From a virus (lineage: Duplodnaviria; Caudoviricetes): DNA of 64,000 nt. The DNA is taken from the IMG/VR virus record IMGVR_UViG_3300034407_003088, positions 15,131 through 79,130 of that record. One strand, written 5' to 3'. The translations under genes and the position numbers were made by a program. This document shows, piece by piece, positions 38,377 through 46,043 of this stretch. The notes beneath the pieces were generated by a model. The model ran no database searches. It worked only from the letters and a program-made list of their open reading frames with translations, and was not told where the DNA came from. Each line of letters begins with the position of its first letter. The stretch's first letter is position 1.

Positions 38377-38926
38377 TTGGTATCTCTCTTTTTAAAAATT
38401 TACATAATACTTCCCAACCATCACCTTTTGATAAATCCATATGTAAGATGTTTTTGGGATTCACTCTCTTATTTAACCAAAGTAAATTACTTTGATGTTT
38501 AAAATCTGTTTTACCTTTTATCCAATCTTTTTGATATTGTGGATAATTTTCAAATACTTCTTTACCACCAACTCCTAACCAATTCCAAGAATCAACGATA
38601 CCATCATCTAATCTTTTTATCTTATCTCTCAATACCGATTCTACATAGTCATCAAGTGGTCGTGTTAAGGATATGTATCTTGCCCATGGATAATCATCTA
38701 CTAAATGTGGAAATACTATTGGGTCATAAATAGGATAATCAAGAAATGCTTCATACTCATCGTAATCAGTTAATAGTTTCTTTTTGGTTTTCATATATTG
38801 ATATACTGATTCAAGAAGTTCTCCACCACCACCTGTATGATATACTTTGAACCCAAGAATACTTAATGCATCTGATAAACTTTTTGTACCTGTCTTATTG
38901 TAACCTAAAACAAATATTTTAGTCAT
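38348..38926 (-). CDS. Sulfotransferase family (P-loop) protein
   Basis: KIFVLGYNKTGTKSL..AL..LG; YPWARYISLTR; GDGWEVLCKFL. Confidence 0.8.
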   Translation of the reverse strand: MTKIFVLGYNKTGTKSLSDALSILGFKVYHTGGGGELLESVYQYMKTKKKLLTDYDEYEAFLDYPIYDPIVFPHLVDDYPWARYISLTRPLDDYVESVLRDKIKRLDDGIVDSWNWLGVGGKEVFENYPQYQKDWIKGKTDFKHQSNLLWLNKRVNPKNILHMDLSKGDGWEVLCKFLKREIPSGQKFPYHK

Positions 38927-39254
38927 CTAATAAGTCCAATAAGTCATTTATCTCTAATGCAATATATGTTTTACTTCTGTTTCTCTTAAATACTAATAGT
39001 GGTTTATGACCACCTGCATTTGTTTCTGCTTGTTCAAGAGAACTCCATATGTTTAATTTTTCTTGGTTTTTACACTCTACTGAGAATGGGAATAATTTAC
39101 GAGCTGCTGGTGATAATAATATATCTTCACCACTATCTCCCATAGTAGTTGAACGAACATCGTCTGGTTCTAATTGTGTGAATTTCTCCAAGATTAAATC
39201 TCGGACATTGTTTTGTAACCGTTTTCCTTTGTTCTTTGCTGAACGAGTTTTCAT
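38919..39254 (-). CDS. Holliday junction resolvase-like PD-(D/E)XK nuclease
   Basis: SAKNKGKRLQ...GEDI...SVECKNQE. Confidence 0.8.
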   Translation of the reverse strand: MKTRSAKNKGKRLQNNVRDLILEKFTQLEPDDVRSTTMGDSGEDILLSPAARKLFPFSVECKNQEKLNIWSSLEQAETNAGGHKPLLVFKRNRSKTYIALEINDLLDLLDD

Positions 39255-39279
39255 ATAAAACCTAATTTAGTTATGCAAT

Positions 39280-39308
39280 TGCTTTATTGCTTTTGCTTTT
39301 AATGCTTT
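39280..39308. repeat. Four TGCTTT direct repeats in an intergenic region
   Basis: Copies at 39280, 39288, 39294 and 39303. Confidence 0.6.
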
Positions 39309-39464
39309 AGTTATTAATAAGTATATTATAAATCTCTCAGAATGTAATTTTTATTTAGAATTAGGCGTATTTATTTCAGAGAAAAATAAGGTTGGATTTT
39401 TCTTAAAACCTTTAATGTTAACATAACTATAGTTAATAATATATATAAGACAAGAGAAGAAAAA

Positions 39465-39857
39465 TTAGAATTTATTTTTCCATTTTCTGGAATATTCTTG
39501 TTTTGCCCAATTCTCAGCTTTTCTTTCCCATTTATTGGCCCAATATCTATCTTTACCATCTAAGTCTGCCATATTGGAAGCTTGTTGGTATTTCTTTATA
39601 AACTTTTTTCTACCATATTTTGATATTTGTTTTGCATGATGTATCTCATGTAATACGGTAATAATAAACTCAGAAACCTTTGGATAAAATTTATTCAACA
39701 TTATTGTATCTTTTGTCCAATCATACCCACCTTCATCTTTACCATATGTTCCAAATTTAACTTTAGATTTCAATCCATAGTATTTTACTAATTCAGATGC
39801 AACAAATAGTAAATCAACTCTTTCTTGTAATAAAAATATTTTCTTTAATGATGTCAC
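39465..39857 (-). CDS. Zincin-like metallopeptidase (HEXXH)
   Basis: TVLHEIHHAKQ plus downstream WERKAE. Confidence 0.7.
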   Translation of the reverse strand: MTSLKKIFLLQERVDLLFVASELVKYYGLKSKVKFGTYGKDEGGYDWTKDTIMLNKFYPKVSEFIITVLHEIHHAKQISKYGRKKFIKKYQQASNMADLDGKDRYWANKWERKAENWAKQEYSRKWKNKF

Positions 39858-40477
39858 TTCTTCATACCTCTGAATAAAGCTTTTGCAACTTGTTTACCAT
39901 AATCTCTATCACTTGGATAGTGTGCCTTTGCAATAATTCTTGATTCAGCGATATCAGAACCTTTTCCCAAATATTCTTCAGAGTTAGATGGGTCTTTATA
40001 TGATAGATACTCACCAATTAAATAACCTTGGATTGCATGTCCACTTGGATAACTTGGTGTTTTCATACTATCTAATGTAGTACCATTTAAATCAATATCA
40101 TAGAACTCTGCAATTTGATATGGTCGTGGTCTATTGTAATGATATTTTAACTCCATAATAAACTTGACACTTTCTTTTACAATTTTTTTAATATCTTTTC
40201 TACTGATATCTAAACTATTTTTTTCTATTAACTCCATAAATGAATCTACAACATCATCATGTGATTTTGCAAACTCTTCATTGGGTTTAACATTTGATAA
40301 ATATTTTATTTCTTTTAATGTTAGTGATGCATCATTTTCAGGTGGTTGTCGTCTTGGTAATACCAAATTTTCATCCCACAATTCTAATTTACGAGACATT
40401 CTTTTTTCGTCTTTAGGTCTAACACTTTCTGCATACACCATATTACGAAGTTCTAATAATTCTTTTAATTTAATCAT
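39854..40477 (-). CDS. PAP2/vanadium haloperoxidase-type phosphatase
   Basis: KYHYNRPRP, PSYPSGHA, SRIIAKAHYPSD: all three PAP2 motifs. Confidence 0.9.
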   Translation of the reverse strand: MIKLKELLELRNMVYAESVRPKDEKRMSRKLELWDENLVLPRRQPPENDASLTLKEIKYLSNVKPNEEFAKSHDDVVDSFMELIEKNSLDISRKDIKKIVKESVKFIMELKYHYNRPRPYQIAEFYDIDLNGTTLDSMKTPSYPSGHAIQGYLIGEYLSYKDPSNSEEYLGKGSDIAESRIIAKAHYPSDRDYGKQVAKALFRGMKK

Positions 40478-41130
40478 TTCTTAACATTACCTATAACTAC
40501 TGGTTTAGAACTTTTATTTTTTGTATGACTATTAATGTAATAATGTGCATCACTCAAATTAAAATCAAAACCTTTTTTATTAAGTGCAAATCCTTTAATA
40601 TCAAAAATCTTTGTAAGATATTCATCATTCATAAATGAACCTATCTTTTGATTACCAATATCTGATTGTTTTGCCTTTGGAAATACCTTTGATACTTTTT
40701 GACTATTGAATTTCTCAAGGTTCTTAACAATACTACTTATCTTTTTATATTTAGGCATAAATAATTTTGTAAAACTTTTACCACCTGGTAATGCATTTAT
40801 TACTCTGTTTGGTTCTTTAAAGTTTTTCTTAGGATTTTTTAATGCCTGTTCTAATTTCTTTACAGAAGTTAAGATTGGTTCTTTTATTGGTCTTTTTTTC
40901 CAATCACCTAAATTATAAAATGGTTTTAATAATTCTCTATCATCAAAATCAGTAGCAACTATATCTACTTTCCTACATAATTCATATAGTTCTTTCATTG
41001 CCTGACCTAATGGTTTAAGGTAAAACTTACCATAATTAATGTGTCCAAATGCAATAACCCCACCCTTTTCTCTTGGTGGCGACATTGTTGATATTGGATT
41101 CTCTACTAATAAATCTTTTAATTTAATCAT
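40474..41130 (-). CDS. Hypothetical protein with MIKLKDLLVE N-terminus
   Basis: Start refined to ATG 41130, which forms a TAATG overlap with the upstream microgene. Confidence 0.65.
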   Translation of the reverse strand: MIKLKDLLVENPISTMSPPREKGGVIAFGHINYGKFYLKPLGQAMKELYELCRKVDIVATDFDDRELLKPFYNLGDWKKRPIKEPILTSVKKLEQALKNPKKNFKEPNRVINALPGGKSFTKLFMPKYKKISSIVKNLEKFNSQKVSKVFPKAKQSDIGNQKIGSFMNDEYLTKIFDIKGFALNKKGFDFNLSDAHYYINSHTKNKSSKPVVIGNVKK

Positions 41131-41276
41131 TATCTTCCCCAACGATTTTGTTGTTGTGCATCAGGATTCTTTGCTTTCCACTTTTTATGTTGGTTTGCAG
41201 TTCTTCCCTCTCGTGCCCACTTTTTATTTAATGCATGTCTTTTTTGTTTTCTACTTTTTGCTTCTCTATTTGGCAT
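41130..41276 (-). CDS. Small basic protein (48 aa, not in ORF track)
   Basis: MPNREAKSRKQKRHALNKKWAREGRTANQHKKWKAKNPDAQQQNRWGR; TATTTAT motif upstream; TAATG overlap downstream. Confidence 0.7.
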   Translation of the reverse strand: MPNREAKSRKQKRHALNKKWAREGRTANQHKKWKAKNPDAQQQNRWGR

Positions 41277-41348
41277 ATCATGTATTCCTTATCCATATAT
41301 AAATAGTAATCGTAGTAAAGATTACCGCTGTTCCTAATGCTAAATCTA

Positions 41349-42101
41349 TCATCTCCAATCCCATACTTTAAGTGCATTATAGGTGATTCCAAATCCAACT
41401 ACTGGTTCTGTTAAACCTGTAGTTTGGTCATATGTGATTCCAAAAAACGGCCCAACACTTATTTGGTTTCTCGGTGGTTTAATTTTAAAGGGATTACTTC
41501 TTCTACTATTCAATCTTATACCATCAAATTGTCTTTCAGGTACAATTGCATACCATTCACCTTTAATTTCACCTTCTTCTATAAAAGGTTCTCCTTGTTG
41601 AATACTACCATCAAATCCTAAATCTGTTTCTGAATCTACAATACTATCATTTACTATTGCAACACCAGTTCTACCAAAGATTCTTAAGTAGTCATCTTGT
41701 CTACCAAATTCTTTTTCAAATGGAACTACTCCAGCACCACTTGAATGTGATTCTCTATTATCATAAATAGAAGCCTTCTTAGAAAGTTGTTCCTTAATAG
41801 TATCTAATTCTACTTGGAACTCATCCATTTTTTTCTTTAGATTTCTATTCTCAATACCACGAGTTTTATCATGGTCGTGTAAATCTTTTAATAAATTGTT
41901 ATTTTGTTTTACCAAAATCTCAACCGAGTCTTGTAACTCTGTAATCATTACATCTTGTCGTGCAGAATCTTCTCTCAAGAAATCCATCTCTTCTTGAGCA
42001 TAATAATAACGAATTCCCACGATACATAAAATAAAGAGAATATTTAGGAATCCACCTATTACCCACTCTCTTCTTTTTTGTGGCCAATGTTTTAACAACA
42101 T
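41349..42101 (-). CDS. Membrane-anchored coiled-coil protein with amphipathic beta C-terminus
   Basis: N-terminal TM segment, ~75-aa heptad region, terminal SVGPFFGITY...VGFGITY. Confidence 0.55.
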   Translation of the reverse strand: MLLKHWPQKRREWVIGGFLNILFILCIVGIRYYYAQEEMDFLREDSARQDVMITELQDSVEILVKQNNNLLKDLHDHDKTRGIENRNLKKKMDEFQVELDTIKEQLSKKASIYDNRESHSSGAGVVPFEKEFGRQDDYLRIFGRTGVAIVNDSIVDSETDLGFDGSIQQGEPFIEEGEIKGEWYAIVPERQFDGIRLNSRRSNPFKIKPPRNQISVGPFFGITYDQTTGLTEPVVGFGITYNALKVWDWR

Positions 42102-42109
42102 ATGAACTC

Positions 42110-42628
42110 CTATTCTATATTTTCAAGAGCATCCTCAATGGCCTTCTTCAAAGAACCACCTAACTCACTCTTACCAAACTCCACATCCTCTTGAATTTGT
42201 AAACCTGCAGCTGATACTTGTGTAGTTGTTTCACCAATACCACGATAACTTCTCTGTACACCTTCTTTGTTTTGTACTAAGTTTAAAAGTAATCTAACTT
42301 CGGTTTTTTGATTTCTACGATTAAATAAACCTGCAATACTAAATGCTTCATTAGGTTTACCAATATATAGAATCTCTACATTTGCAGTATAATCGGCATT
42401 ATCATCATCTGTTAATCTATATCGTGTATCTTGAAATTGTTCTTCAAGTAATTGTTTCACACCTAAAGTTACTCTTTCATCAACCACACCAATCGTTTCA
42501 TCTACTTTAACAAATTGTGATATTTTTAATGTAGGAAACTCAACATCTTTACCAACCACTGCTGGTTGTGGTAATGATTGTGAATATCCAAATCCTATCA
42601 ATAATAACATCATAATTAGTTTCTTCAT
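42110..42628 (-). CDS. Secreted CsgG/HfaB-like alpha/beta protein
   Basis: Sec signal peptide; aligns by eye with 43628-44266. Confidence 0.5.
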   Translation of the reverse strand: MKKLIMMLLLIGFGYSQSLPQPAVVGKDVEFPTLKISQFVKVDETIGVVDERVTLGVKQLLEEQFQDTRYRLTDDDNADYTANVEILYIGKPNEAFSIAGLFNRRNQKTEVRLLLNLVQNKEGVQRSYRGIGETTTQVSAAGLQIQEDVEFGKSELGGSLKKAIEDALENIE

Positions 42629-42638
42629 TTTGTTCTCC

Positions 42639-43622
42639 TTAAAAGTATGTTCCGAACATTATAGCATAAGTTTTAGTTCTTTCACCATAATCGTTCACAA
42701 CCGTATTGTATCCCATTGAGAATCCTAAGTTCACCTTAAATGCTTGACTCAATTGAAAATCAAAAGAAATCGTAGGCATAAGTATGATAGGACTCTTCAA
42801 TAATAAATATTGTTTTCCTGAATTTAATCCCTTATAATATCTTAATAATGTATAAGATACATAGTTAGTAAGTGTTATTTTACCAAATGATAAATCTAAT
42901 GGCATTCTCATACCATATAATACTGATAAATTACCAAATGCATTTTTACTAACATTTCCATATGCAGTTGTTAAGACAATTACTTCAGAATTTTGTTTAA
43001 CAAGTGACTTTGCATATGAACTTGATAATAACCAATCAGTTCCTTCAAATGTTCTAAAGAAAACACCTGATGCACTTATCACTTGATTTTGTTTCTTTGC
43101 AAGAAAATTTATTCCTTGACCATATGATGCATTAAATCTACTGAAATCATCAGTAAAACTAAAGTTACCATCGTATCTTGATTTACCATCAAAACTTTCT
43201 CTTGTATAAATACTATTAAAAGATGTTACCCAACTACTATCTATGGTTGGTGAAGTTTTAATACCATAATTAACTGCACCCACATCATTACTTACATCTT
43301 GTTTTGTGAATTGTTCTGTAGCGTTACTTGCCAGAACTGACGATAATATTTCTTCTGCAACCCTTACTGCACATGGAAATAAATCTTCAAAATCTCGGTA
43401 GACATTTTCAGTCCATGTCTCCAATGTTCCATTTGTTATTTGTTCAAATGTAAAAAATTTAGATTTATTATAGTATGTAACATAAAATCCACCATTAGTG
43501 GGTTCAAGATTATAATTATCACGAACCACTATCTGATTACATGGGTCAATATAACTATAAAGAAAACCTTGGGCAGAGACACTACCCCATAAAAGTATTA
43601 TTAATAATAATCTCTGCCACAT
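42639..43622 (-). CDS. Outer-membrane beta-barrel-like protein
   Basis: Signal peptide, alternating amphipathic strands, terminal Phe (YAIMFGTYF). Confidence 0.6.
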   Translation of the reverse strand: MWQRLLLIILLWGSVSAQGFLYSYIDPCNQIVVRDNYNLEPTNGGFYVTYYNKSKFFTFEQITNGTLETWTENVYRDFEDLFPCAVRVAEEILSSVLASNATEQFTKQDVSNDVGAVNYGIKTSPTIDSSWVTSFNSIYTRESFDGKSRYDGNFSFTDDFSRFNASYGQGINFLAKKQNQVISASGVFFRTFEGTDWLLSSSYAKSLVKQNSEVIVLTTAYGNVSKNAFGNLSVLYGMRMPLDLSFGKITLTNYVSYTLLRYYKGLNSGKQYLLLKSPIILMPTISFDFQLSQAFKVNLGFSMGYNTVVNDYGERTKTYAIMFGTYF

Positions 43623-43627
43623 TCATT

Positions 43628-44266
43628 CTACCAACCTCTTCTGTCAATTGCTTTAATAACATTGACAACAGCTGTTTCCATAGCCTTGTTAGATGCAGAA
43701 CTTAAAGAACTTTGATTCCATTCCATATTAGGATTCTTTAAAAATCCTTGTCCTATGGTGGATGCTCTTCCTTGTCCACTTCCAACAACATACTGAGTAT
43801 TCTCATTATTGATTACTTTAACTTGGATACCAACAATAGTTTCATTTATTGTTTGAACTTTACCAGTTTTGATATCTTCTTTCAAGTTAACAGCGAAATC
43901 ATAAATAGTTACATACGCAGTGTATTTAGTTTTCTCTATTTTAGCTTCGTTGGCTTTAAGGTCGTTCAACATAGATAATTGTATATCTCTGTCCGCCTCT
44001 ACGAGATTGAATCTACCAATGAAAGAAATAACATTTGCAAGTTCTTGGTTTAACCCAAATGCAACTCGTTTATCTCCAAGTTCTGGATATCTATCCTCAA
44101 GTTCTTTATTGAACTTAACATCCAAAATCTTTAGATTATCAACTTTAGTTATTTCAACTTCATCAAGAGATTTCTGTTTCTCATACTCACCAACATATTG
44201 TTCAGTTGATACTGATGCAGCACATCCCATAAAAACCATTAACGATAATAGTAATAGTTTTTTCAT
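43628..44266 (-). CDS. CsgG/HfaB family lipoprotein
   Basis: Lipobox VFMG-C; GRFNLVE..R, VGIQVKVIN...GSGQG, terminal A..KA...AV helix. Confidence 0.7.
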   Translation of the reverse strand: MKKLLLLSLMVFMGCAASVSTEQYVGEYEKQKSLDEVEITKVDNLKILDVKFNKELEDRYPELGDKRVAFGLNQELANVISFIGRFNLVEADRDIQLSMLNDLKANEAKIEKTKYTAYVTIYDFAVNLKEDIKTGKVQTINETIVGIQVKVINNENTQYVVGSGQGRASTIGQGFLKNPNMEWNQSSLSSASNKAMETAVVNVIKAIDRRGW

Positions 44267-44610
44267 TACTTTGCTCCTATATGATAACCAACTACCATCC
44301 CCATAAGGAAGTTAATTAGTCGTCTTTGTTTTACTTTTCGTTTGAACTTCTTTCGTTGTTCATGTTTATTCTTATGAACATTCATCTTATGTTTCATACG
44401 AATTTTGTGATGTCGGTTGTGTTGAAACCTCATCTTATCCTCTTTCCATCTTTTGTTTTCATCTTGAATACGATAATGGTTGTCTCTTTGTTCTTGTTTT
44501 TGAATAGCCTTATCAACTTCTTCAGGTGTCATATAGGCATCTTGTCCAAATAACTGAGAACTCACACTAAACAAAACCACAGCAATTAGTAGTTTTACAA
44601 ATTTACTCAT
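44266..44610 (-). CDS. Secreted His/Lys/Arg-rich protein with C-terminal hydrophobic Gly segment
   Basis: Signal peptide; HNRHHKIRMKHKMNVHKNKH; FLMGMVVGYHIG. Confidence 0.55.
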   Translation of the reverse strand: MSKFVKLLIAVVLFSVSSQLFGQDAYMTPEEVDKAIQKQEQRDNHYRIQDENKRWKEDKMRFQHNRHHKIRMKHKMNVHKNKHEQRKKFKRKVKQRRLINFLMGMVVGYHIGAK

Positions 44611-44619
44611 AAGTACTCC

Positions 44620-45000
44620 TTACTTGAAATCAGACAATGGGTCTTTTAATAACTTCTCTAATCTTGAGATTTCACTTTTTAATTTATCAATCTCATTCTG
44701 TAGTTTAATTATATCACCATCGTATGATTTCACTTTTGGTGTTTTTAAACCATCTACTTTTTCTCGTAGATATTTTAATTCTTCATCAATATTGTTAAAG
44801 TTATTCGTTACAATTTCAATATCACTTGCTTCTGCAAATCCTTGTACTACTTCTTCCAACGAATCAATACGGCCAGTAAAACTATACCAACCAGCAATTG
44901 CGGTAGAAAGAAAAGTAACAATAGCAATAATATTGTTAATTGATACTCCGAACTTTTTCCCTTTAACATCTTCAATAGCTTGTTCTATATCTTTTGCCAT
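44620..45000 (-). CDS. Single-TM coiled-coil membrane protein
   Basis: IIAIVTFLSTAIAGWY TM segment followed by heptads; AAGGAG SD. Confidence 0.6.
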   Translation of the reverse strand: MAKDIEQAIEDVKGKKFGVSINNIIAIVTFLSTAIAGWYSFTGRIDSLEEVVQGFAEASDIEIVTNNFNNIDEELKYLREKVDGLKTPKVKSYDGDIIKLQNEIDKLKSEISRLEKLLKDPLSDFK

Positions 45001-45011
45001 TTTATTTCTCC

Positions 45012-45068
45012 TTAATTACAACAACCACATTCACAACCGCAGTCACAATTACAATTTGTTTTTTTCAT
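45012..45068 (-). CDS. Cys-rich micropeptide MKKTNCNCDCGCECGCCN (18 aa, not in ORF track)
   Basis: GGAG 7 nt upstream of ATG; fills the gap between two genes exactly; 7 Cys. Confidence 0.65.
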   Translation of the reverse strand: MKKTNCNCDCGCECGCCN

Positions 45069-45069
45069 T

Positions 45070-45939
45070 TTATATCTCCATGTTTATTGTTAACAATAAT
45101 GTGTTTTTTAATGGATGGGTTTCATTACCATTTAATACACCCAATCCAAACTTCCACTTTTCAAATTTAAAATCAAATCCTAATGATGAGTAATTTAAAT
45201 CATGTTCTACATCATTATAGTACCCAGCATTTACCCAAAACATATTTTTTAAGTTATAGGAAATACCTTGTCCATGAGTATGATATCCATCATAAAGATT
45301 CCATTGATTATAAATATCCCACTTATCTTTTATTGGTATGTGTAAACCAACATTAAATGCAGATGGTTGTGTTATTTCAAATCCATTCATCTTGGTCATA
45401 TAACCAACATTAGATATTCCTAAATCTAAATTAACCATTCCATATAATTTATGAAAATGTAAACCTACATCAAGTAACAAACCATCAGTTTTTTCAGTAT
45501 ATAAATCGTGGAATATTGCCTTACCTCTAAGTCCAATAGATACACTATCTACTCGTTTACCTTTGTTAAGTAAATCAGTTCCCCAACCTATTCCTAATAC
45601 TAAAGTACTTGGTGAAAAGTTACCATTTATAATACCACTTTCATCTGCGAAGTTTTGTTCACCATAATTAAAATATAAAAGTGAATAATCAAGTTTACCT
45701 TTTTCAACTTCTATATAATTGTATCCCATATCATCTACAATGTTACCTAACCATTGTACATTAGTGAAACTAACATTAGTAGTAGTATCAAGGTTTAAAT
45801 TGTTAAGTGCAGGATTTCTAAATGCAAGTGATTGGTTACCCAATATTGTTTCACTTGTAGTAGGTGAAAGTGTAAGGACACTATTTACCTGTCCAAACAA
45901 ACTACCAATCATTAATAATCCTATTAATATATTTTTCAT
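45070..45939 (-). CDS. PorV/PorQ family outer-membrane beta-barrel
   Basis: Signal peptide; AFRNPA, QWL..., YFNYGE...DESG...G.F.P, SIGLRGK, LLLDVGL; aromatic strand pattern. Confidence 0.75.
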   Translation of the reverse strand: MKNILIGLLMIGSLFGQVNSVLTLSPTTSETILGNQSLAFRNPALNNLNLDTTTNVSFTNVQWLGNIVDDMGYNYIEVEKGKLDYSLLYFNYGEQNFADESGIINGNFSPSTLVLGIGWGTDLLNKGKRVDSVSIGLRGKAIFHDLYTEKTDGLLLDVGLHFHKLYGMVNLDLGISNVGYMTKMNGFEITQPSAFNVGLHIPIKDKWDIYNQWNLYDGYHTHGQGISYNLKNMFWVNAGYYNDVEHDLNYSSLGFDFKFEKWKFGLGVLNGNETHPLKNTLLLTINMEI

Positions 45940-46043
45940 TTTCTGTTCTCCAATTTTTCAGATATCCAAACAATACCCTTTAGAGTCAAATACCCTAATG
46001 GTAGTATTAAAAATAATAATCCAAAAAATTTTATAGTTTCCAT
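45936..46043 (-). CDS. Small single-TM protein (35 aa, not in ORF track)
   Basis: METIKFFGLLFLILPLGYLTLKGIVWISEKLENRK; TAATG overlap upstream and ATGA overlap downstream. Confidence 0.65.
   Translation of the reverse strand: METIKFFGLLFLILPLGYLTLKGIVWISEKLENRK

Noticed and set aside
39371-39559. 62-aa minus-strand ORF
   Set aside because: Overlaps the zincin gene out of frame and runs into AT-rich intergenic DNA.
43628-44266. Curli (csg) operon
   Set aside because: No CsgA/B-type repeat proteins or recognisable CsgE/F; only the CsgG-like fold is present.
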